DNA of 64,000 nt from Chitinophagales bacterium. Its GTDB lineage: Bacteria > Bacteroidota > Bacteroidia > Chitinophagales > Chitinophagaceae. The stretch spans positions 1,798 through 65,797 of the forward strand of contig JAATFP010000109.1 of the NCBI GenBank assembly GCA_015655125.1. The letters are read 5' to 3'. Both the position numbers and the translations under genes were made by a program. The notes under the pieces are model-generated. The model worked only from the letters and a program-made list of their open reading frames with translations, made no database searches and had not been told where the DNA came from. Of this stretch, positions 57,713 to 64,000 are shown one piece after another (position 1 is the first letter of the stretch; every line of letters begins with the position of its first letter).

Positions 57713-58903
57713 CTAATTCAAAATTGGCAACAGATCATATTTATCCATTACCAGCGCAGCAGCGCCGATCAGCTCTGCATCGTAGCGCAATGACGAGATC
57801 CTGATCTTGGCATTTTCTGCAATAGTGGCGATGCTGTGATCGTCTATGCCACGTTGGATCGGCGTGATCCAGATGCTTCCCGCCGCAGACCCACGTCCGC
57901 TGAGTACGATCATTTCAGGATTCAGTAAATGAATAAGCACGGCTATACCACGGCCGATATTATAGGCCGATTCGGAGATCAACTCGAGCGCAAATTCATC
58001 GCCCATTACCGCACACTCCATGATCGACCTTGCAGCCGCTTCAGCATTATCGGTTGAAATGCCCGCCAACTTTGAAACACGCCCCTGCTTTAAACCAACG
58101 ACTGCTTTTTCAGCAACCACGAGCAACGACGTTTCTGTTTGCAGGCAACCGATCTTCCCACAACTGCATTGCTTGTTATTGGTGAACAATGGTATGTGAC
58201 TGAATTCCCCGGCAAACCCATTGTCGCCTTTAAACAATTCTCCTTTGATGATGATGCCGAGTCCGATTCCCCAGCTGATATTGAGTACCATCACATTCTG
58301 TTTGCCGCGCGCAATTCCTAGTTTAAGTTCTGCTAAAGCAATAAGCGCAGAATCGTTGTCAATCAAAACCGGGATACCGATCTTTGATTGTATGTAATTA
58401 ACAACACTGGTGCCTTTTTCGGGCTTTAAAAACAGCAGGTTGATTCCTTTATTTACATCCACTAATCCGGGCATACCAATTCCAATACCCGCGATTTTAT
58501 TTTTGGGAACCGGGCAATTCTGTATAAATGCATTAATATGGCGCGTCAGTTCTTTCAGTGCATTCGGATTGTCGGTAAGCGTGAGGCCAAAACTATGTAC
58601 TTCACTTACATATGTGTTTCGCATATCAAGCAGTACGATTCTTGTGATCAGCTGATCCATTGCAACAGCTACCACATAAAGCAGTTCTTTTTTTACGGCA
58701 TACATCTGGGGCCTTCTTCCACCCGTGGACGCAGCCAATCCTGTTTCTACAACTTTATCCTCATCGATCAGCTCGTTCAGAATCTTTGTAGTGAGCGGAA
58801 CGCTTTTACTGATCTTCTTGCTCAGTTCCGCGCAGGAAAGCGTTTCTGTAAAATATAAATGTTTAATGATTTTTCGCTTTAATACGTCATTCTTACTAAG
58901 CAT
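57713..58903 (-). CDS. ROK family transcriptional regulator
   Basis: N-terminal winged HTH, STGGRRP, GIGIGMPG, IDND, GEFSH, CSCGKIGCLQT zinc motif. Confidence 0.92.
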   Translation of the reverse strand: MLSKNDVLKRKIIKHLYFTETLSCAELSKKISKSVPLTTKILNELIDEDKVVETGLAASTGGRRPQMYAVKKELLYVVAVAMDQLITRIVLLDMRNTYVSEVHSFGLTLTDNPNALKELTRHINAFIQNCPVPKNKIAGIGIGMPGLVDVNKGINLLFLKPEKGTSVVNYIQSKIGIPVLIDNDSALIALAELKLGIARGKQNVMVLNISWGIGLGIIIKGELFKGDNGFAGEFSHIPLFTNNKQCSCGKIGCLQTETSLLVVAEKAVVGLKQGRVSKLAGISTDNAEAAARSIMECAVMGDEFALELISESAYNIGRGIAVLIHLLNPEMIVLSGRGSAAGSIWITPIQRGIDDHSIATIAENAKIRISSLRYDAELIGAAALVMDKYDLLPILN

Positions 58904-59047
58904 AATGGAGGATTGGCTACTATATTTTAAGGTAGTGAAAGTTTTTTTAATAGGGAGATTTTTTTTCGGCGGAATCTTTTTGTTACGGGTTACGAGTAGC
59001 GGGTTAGTATATTGGAAGTAAGTTTTATAAATAGCTAAGTTCCCGTT

Positions 59048-59138
59048 TTTTTACCGCAGAGAAATAAGGCTGCAGCGTTTACGCAGCGTACTCAGATCTC
59101 TGCGTAAACTCCATTTTCTCTTTTCTCTGCGGTAAAAA
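59048..59138. repeat. Nested inverted repeat, CGCAGAG / CTCTGCG type
   Basis: 17-bp outer IR (59048-59064 / 59122-59138); 10-bp inner IR (59077-59086 / 59100-59109). Confidence 0.85.
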
Positions 59139-59172
59139 GTTATAAACGATAGAATAACTGCCCACGCACTTT

Positions 59173-59202
59173 AAAAAAGAGCCCCTTCCAAAAGAAAGGG
59201 GC
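59173..59202 (-). terminator. Intrinsic terminator of ftsZ
   Basis: Minus strand gcccctttc-ttttg-gaaggggc-tctttttt. Confidence 0.75.
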
Positions 59203-59303
59203 CACATACAAACTGTAATTACAAACACACTCTTGTTGAATAGTTGAACTATTCAAATATGATGAAGGCTTTGCGGCAAATTATCCTGCCGCAAAGCCAA
59301 CGA

Positions 59304-61226
59304 CTAATCTGGTTTTTTTCCGTCTAAAAAAGTGTTGATGGTGCTGATCTCAGCCTGGTTGTTATCGTCTGATTTTACAGTATAGTTGCTGTAAAAATTT
59401 TCCACGTTTGCAATCTGGTTATGAATTTCCATATTGCGACGGAGGTAAGCTGGGACCGTTTCAAACTCATTGTTAGGATCAGCTGCATTGATGTTGAATG
59501 ACAAATTACGCAGCTTCGCAATGCGTTCCGTAGCCCGGCGCCTGAGTTCGTCTGTTTCGTCCTGCATTGCAGGATCCTCAACAGGGGACATCATGATGGG
59601 CTGAGTCTGTTGTACAACTGGCTGTTCCTCCGCCGCTTTTTGGGACTCTTTTACTACCAGCTGCATTTCTTCCGCAGGTTCGTCGGCCTGCAGGCTCAGT
59701 TGCAATGGTAGTGGTTCCTCGGTCGAATTGGATTCCGAAATCTCCGGTTTCACCTCTGCATAAATCTGCGAAGGCTTGGCCAGAAAGCCCCCCGACGAAA
59801 GGGAACTTTTATTGCTAGCATCTTTATTTAAACTATTGTTTTCCGGCTGGGAAACGGTATTGCTTTCAGCACTTGCCGGCGTTGGTTTTTGAGAAGGAAC
59901 AGGGATGCTGGTATCGAGATCAAATTCAACTACCGGAACCTGATCCGCAGCCGAAGATATCTCAAAAAATACCGGTGCCTCTTCAATTTTTTCCACAGTA
60001 TTTTTACTTGGTACTTCTACTGAAGTATCTGTTTCCGCCAGCGTTGGCATGAAAGGATCCACTTCTTTCACTTCTTTCATCTCTTCCTTTACTTCCTCCT
60101 TCACTTCCGTTTTTTCTGCCGCTACCGGTTCATCAAATTGTAAAGATGGTTGTATTTTCTTAGATACCGGAACCTGCACAGGCATATCGAGAGACATAAC
60201 GATCTTTTCATTTTTTGCTTCCGGAACAACCGTTGCGGTTGATTCTTTTGCAAACGGGTCCTTATGCTCAAAACCTGTAGCAATCAGTGTAATCCCGATT
60301 TGCGATCCAAGCGTGTTGTCGTATCCAAGTCCAAGAATCACATCTGTATCTTCACCTGCCTGGCTCAACAAATAATTCTGTATCACTTCCACTTCATCCA
60401 TTGTGAACTCATGTTCGCCCTCGGCGGAATTGATATTGATAAGTATCCATTTCGCACCACGGATATCATTGTCATTTAGCAGAGGGGATGTCAGGGCATT
60501 TTCAATTGCATTGAATGCGCGGTTTTCGCCTTCGGCAGAGGCACTGCCCAGGATCGCCACACCGCCGTTGCTCATCACGGTGCATACATCAGCAAAATCC
60601 ACATTGATCTGACCGGTGCTGTTGATCACATCGGTAATACATTTTGCGGCAGTGGCCAACACATTATCTGCTTTTGCAAAAGCCTCTTTCATCTTCAGGT
60701 TTCCAAACTGGTGACGCAATTTATCATTGCTGATCACGAGCAAAGTATCTACATGACTCTTGAGCAACATGATACCTTCTTCGGCCTGCGCGATGCGTTT
60801 TTTCCCTTCGTATGCAAAAGGTGTTGTAACGATACCGACTGTAAGAATACCAAGATCCTTACAGATCTTCGCCAGTATCGGCGCGCCGCCGGTGCCGGTA
60901 CCACCGCCCATACCGGCAGTAATAAACGCCATCTTTGTATTTACTTCCAGGATGCGCTTGATTTCTTCAAGGCTCTCTTCCGTGGCCTGGCGGCCGATCA
61001 TCGGATTAGCACCCGCACCCAAACCTTGCGTAAGGTGTGGCCCGAGTTGAATCTTGTTAGGGACATTGCTCAACGCAACTGCCTGCGCATCCGTATTGCA
61101 TATAATAAAGTCTACGCCTTCGATATTTTGCGAAAACATGTGATTGACAGCATTGCTTCCGCCACCGCCCACACCAATAACCTTGATGATGGACGATTGG
61201 TCTTTTGGCAAATCAAATTGAATCAT
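59304..61226 (-). CDS. ftsZ: Cell division protein FtsZ with long acidic linker
   Basis: GVGGGGSNAV, tubulin signature GGGTGTG, NVDFADV, C-terminal VPAYLRR. Confidence 0.98.
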   Translation of the reverse strand: MIQFDLPKDQSSIIKVIGVGGGGSNAVNHMFSQNIEGVDFIICNTDAQAVALSNVPNKIQLGPHLTQGLGAGANPMIGRQATEESLEEIKRILEVNTKMAFITAGMGGGTGTGGAPILAKICKDLGILTVGIVTTPFAYEGKKRIAQAEEGIMLLKSHVDTLLVISNDKLRHQFGNLKMKEAFAKADNVLATAAKCITDVINSTGQINVDFADVCTVMSNGGVAILGSASAEGENRAFNAIENALTSPLLNDNDIRGAKWILININSAEGEHEFTMDEVEVIQNYLLSQAGEDTDVILGLGYDNTLGSQIGITLIATGFEHKDPFAKESTATVVPEAKNEKIVMSLDMPVQVPVSKKIQPSLQFDEPVAAEKTEVKEEVKEEMKEVKEVDPFMPTLAETDTSVEVPSKNTVEKIEEAPVFFEISSAADQVPVVEFDLDTSIPVPSQKPTPASAESNTVSQPENNSLNKDASNKSSLSSGGFLAKPSQIYAEVKPEISESNSTEEPLPLQLSLQADEPAEEMQLVVKESQKAAEEQPVVQQTQPIMMSPVEDPAMQDETDELRRRATERIAKLRNLSFNINAADPNNEFETVPAYLRRNMEIHNQIANVENFYSNYTVKSDDNNQAEISTINTFLDGKKPD

Positions 61227-61331
61227 AACTGTGAGTTTGCGGGATTGAAATGATGTGGGAGATTTTCTGATCTAAAACAATTCTCTTATTTCTTTTCAAT
61301 TCCGGTTAAAGTTGTGTTAGTAAGTATGTGC

Positions 61332-61398
61332 TGCGAATTACGGGGTTGCGCGTTATTTATTGTTTTCGATCCGTAATTCGCAATTTGTAATTAAAATT
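61332..61398. repeat. Heptamer array with 12-bp inverted copy between ftsA and ftsZ
   Basis: tgcgaattacgg (61332-61343) / ccgtaattcgca (61371-61382); ccgtaat tcgcaat ttgtaat taaaatt. Confidence 0.75.
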
Positions 61399-62776
61399 TT
61401 GCGTCTTCTTCTTCCTTGAACATTTCGATCAGATTGTTCTTCATCGCATCCATAAAACCTTTGATGGTTTTTTTCTTCGGCGTCGGAACAGCAGGCTGAT
61501 GGCTGGTTTCAGGTGCTGCAAAATCTTCTGTTATCACTTCTTCTTCCGCCGCTACTTTTACATCTTTACCCGCAACCTTGATGAAATTCTGCTCGAACGT
61601 TTTGTTCTTATTTTCATAATCATTGTATCCTTTCAATATCAGGCCGATACAAGTACTGTACATTGGTTTCGCCAGCTCTTCGATATGGCCGCCGCTCAAA
61701 TGCTCGTTCGGAAAACCGATCCGCGCATTCAGGCCCGTTACATATTCGGTAAGCTGTAAAAGGTGCTTAAGCTGAGATCCGCCACCAGTAAGGATCACAC
61801 CGCCATTCAACATCCTGTTATCAAGGCCTACCTGTTTCAGATGATAGCTCACAAAATCCATGATCTCGCTCATGCGCGCCTGGATGATGCTCGCAAGATT
61901 CTTTACAGAAATTTCTTTCGGTGCCATGCCGCGCAAACCAGGAATGGTAATGAACGCATTTGATTTCGCTTCGTCAGCAAGTGCGCTACCGAATTGAATT
62001 TTCATTTGCTCGGCCTGCGTTTTCAAAACACCCAAACCGGTTTTGATATCATTTGTAATGTTTTCACCACCGAACGGAATAACCGCCGTATGTTTTAAAA
62101 TACCTTCATAAAAAACCGCAAGATCGGTTGTACCACCACCGATATCAACAATGGCCACACCCGCTTCCAGATCCTGATCGCACATTACAGCCGCAGCAGA
62201 GGCCAATGGTTGCAATACGAGATCTTTTGTTTTTAACCCGGCTTTATCAACGCTGCGGTTGATATTTCGGATCGCATTTTTATCGCCGGTAATGATATGA
62301 AAGTTTGCGCCTACTTTCACACCGCTGTAGCCGATCGGGTTTGGAATATTCTGAAAATTATCTACAGTAAATTCCTGCGGAATAACATCGATGATCTGAT
62401 CACCTGCCGGAATGTAAGTGCGGTATTGATCAGCGATTAGTTTGTCGATCTCTTCCTGACGGATCTCTTCCTCATTTTGCTGACGCACAATATCGCCGCG
62501 CGTTTGCAGACTTTTTATATGATGACCGGCGATACCAACATATACCTCGCCGATCTCCAGGTTAGGGTTCGATGCATAGCAATTCTCCAAAGCTGTTTGA
62601 ATGGCTTTAATGGTCTGGTCGATATTCAGCACCATGCCATGTTGCACACCATTGCTATTGGCTCTGCCGAAGCCGAGTATCTCCAATTTGCCGAATTCAT
62701 TCTTGCGTCCGGCGATGGCAGCAATTTTTGTTGTACCAATGTCTAAACCGACAATTACTGGTTGTTCGTGATTCAT
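61391..62776 (-). CDS. ftsA: Cell division protein FtsA
   Basis: VGLDIGTTKI, VDIGGGTTD, ILTGGGS. Confidence 0.98.
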   Translation of the reverse strand: MNHEQPVIVGLDIGTTKIAAIAGRKNEFGKLEILGFGRANSNGVQHGMVLNIDQTIKAIQTALENCYASNPNLEIGEVYVGIAGHHIKSLQTRGDIVRQQNEEEIRQEEIDKLIADQYRTYIPAGDQIIDVIPQEFTVDNFQNIPNPIGYSGVKVGANFHIITGDKNAIRNINRSVDKAGLKTKDLVLQPLASAAAVMCDQDLEAGVAIVDIGGGTTDLAVFYEGILKHTAVIPFGGENITNDIKTGLGVLKTQAEQMKIQFGSALADEAKSNAFITIPGLRGMAPKEISVKNLASIIQARMSEIMDFVSYHLKQVGLDNRMLNGGVILTGGGSQLKHLLQLTEYVTGLNARIGFPNEHLSGGHIEELAKPMYSTCIGLILKGYNDYENKNKTFEQNFIKVAGKDVKVAAEEEVITEDFAAPETSHQPAVPTPKKKTIKGFMDAMKNNLIEMFKEEEDAKF

Positions 62777-62854
62777 AAAGTGTTGTTTTGTGTTTGTATG
62801 TTTTGTGTTTGTTTGTCTATGTTTATTATTTAAGAGTATCCATATCTGATTCCA

Positions 62855-62900
62855 TGTCAGCCCTGAGTTTACTGATGGCCTTCGACAACTCAGGCTGACA
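62855..62900. repeat. Inverted pair of REP-like elements (same family as 10179)
   Basis: tgtcagccctgagtt...aactcaggctgaca; the right copy reverse-complements to gtcagcctgagttgtcgaaggc. Confidence 0.75.
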
Positions 62901-62936
62901 GGATTTCACTATTTGGGCCGCGCTCTGCCCCGCATA

Positions 62937-64000
62937 TCAATAATCATTCCTGGGCATCACTGCTTTCGGTTTTTGTACCGGCTTTTTATCTCCCGGTTTT
63001 TTCACTGCAGGCTTTGCAACAACGACTGGCTTTTTTTCTACAGGTTTTACAACTGGTTTCGCCACAGGTTTTGCCGTTGGCCTAACTGCCACCGGTTTTT
63101 CAGCCGGTTTGGCACCAGGCTTTACAACCTTTGCTGGTATTACTTTTGGCATTGGTACCGACAAAGGTTTTATCACATCTTCAACCTCGCCATCCATTCC
63201 TTCGTCGTCGCGCTCCACAGATTGCTGGATAAGCGAGGCATCCACCAGCACATTATCATTTCCCGGTGCGGCTATCTTTAACGAATCCGCAGCTTGTATG
63301 GCAGCGGTGACGGCCATATAGTTCATCAGTTGTAATGTGCGCAACGAATCCTGTACCACATCTTCCTTGCCGCGCAATTTTGCTACCACCTGATCTTTGT
63401 ATTCGAGATCTATTACACCGTAACGTCCCCACCCATATTTCCCGATCACAGTTTTATAAAACAGTTTTAACTTTTTAAATTTACCATCGATATCGGACCC
63501 ATCTCCAAAAACAATTTGCTGATCACCCAACTTCGGTGTCATTTCAAAAGTGCGGTCAGGCATTATATCTACCTGGTCTATCATTGCCATCAAAAAACTA
63601 TCATTCTGAATGGCAATGCTGATTCTTTTAATATCCCTTAGCAAGGCACTGTCCGCCGGTTGCAGCACTCGTGCTTCAGAGGGAAAGCCGGTAAATACAG
63701 GCAACCGGGCAGAAAATTTTTCGCTGATCGGCAACATCATCGTCGCACTATCAATGTAAAATGTGTTACTGCCTTTGGTAAAAACCCTCGCCACCGGTTC
63801 GCGTTCATCCACATCAACCTGCAATACGTTGTTGCGATCGAAAAATAATTCTGCATTATCCACCCAAACATCTCTTTCGATTGCTGCTTCGATTTGTTTC
63901 AAATTAAAATCCGCTACCGGCGTTCCTTCCGGCTCCCTTCCAATGTAATCGACTATAATCCTCAGCACATCTTTGTTATCGATGAAAAAATTGTTGTTCA
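62937..64000 (-). CDS. ftsQ: Cell division protein FtsQ/DivIB, 5' end beyond the window
   Basis: Frame open to the window edge; POTRA-like region, EREPVARV, IVFGDG; directly upstream of ftsA-ftsZ. Confidence 0.88.
   Translation of the reverse strand, partial: NNNFFIDNKDVLRIIVDYIGREPEGTPVADFNLKQIEAAIERDVWVDNAELFFDRNNVLQVDVDEREPVARVFTKGSNTFYIDSATMMLPISEKFSARLPVFTGFPSEARVLQPADSALLRDIKRISIAIQNDSFLMAMIDQVDIMPDRTFEMTPKLGDQQIVFGDGSDIDGKFKKLKLFYKTVIGKYGWGRYGVIDLEYKDQVVAKLRGKEDVVQDSLRTLQLMNYMAVTAAIQAADSLKIAAPGNDNVLVDASLIQQSVERDDEGMDGEVEDVIKPLSVPMPKVIPAKVVKPGAKPAEKPVAVRPTAKPVAKPVVKPVEKKPVVVAKPAVKKPGDKKPVQKPKAVMPRNDY

Noticed and set aside
59304-60350. Very long acidic FtsZ linker (640-aa protein)
   Set aside because: Long linkers are usual for Bacteroidota FtsZ.
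1-64000. CRISPR arrays, tRNA/rRNA genes, IS transposases, integrases, toxin-antitoxin, defence or prophage genes
   Set aside because: None seen. The periodic repeats have 5-nt or no spacers and too few units to be CRISPR.

Overview
A 64-kb stretch of Bacteroidota chromosome, probably Chitinophagaceae (inferred from TTTG-N19-21-TAnnTTTG promoters, two T9SS C-terminal-domain proteins and gene content). It is mostly core genome: glyA, thrABC, uvrA, an ECF sigma factor, dsbD, purQ, fadN, metG, kup and ftsQ-ftsA-ftsZ. It also carries two ABC transporter pairs, a Wza/Wzz-like pair, many peptidases (2x S9, 2x S66, an M12B-like and a small metzincin) and a propeller/Y_Y_Y sensor kinase with a NarL-type regulator. 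I found no tRNA, rRNA, CRISPR array, transposase, integrase or recognisable defence or phage gene. The unusual signal is almost all in small or intergenic features that the ORF track misses. (1) An unannotated Thr/Ile-rich leader peptide lies before thrA with no intrinsic terminator after it. (2) At least seven spacers contain short 7-nt-periodic arrays with an inverted copy about 40-110 bp away, mostly with a different heptamer at each locus. (3) An 11-bp GGTTGWCAACC unit recurs at an exact 16-bp period in two long palindromes, before purQ and before kup. (4) The sigma-factor leader can fold into nested stems ending next to the ATG. (5) A large T9SS protein has its signal peptide out of frame by one base. 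(6) DsbD is split, with the alpha-domain cysteine pair only in a separate upstream gene. All family assignments come from motif recognition by eye; no database search was run.
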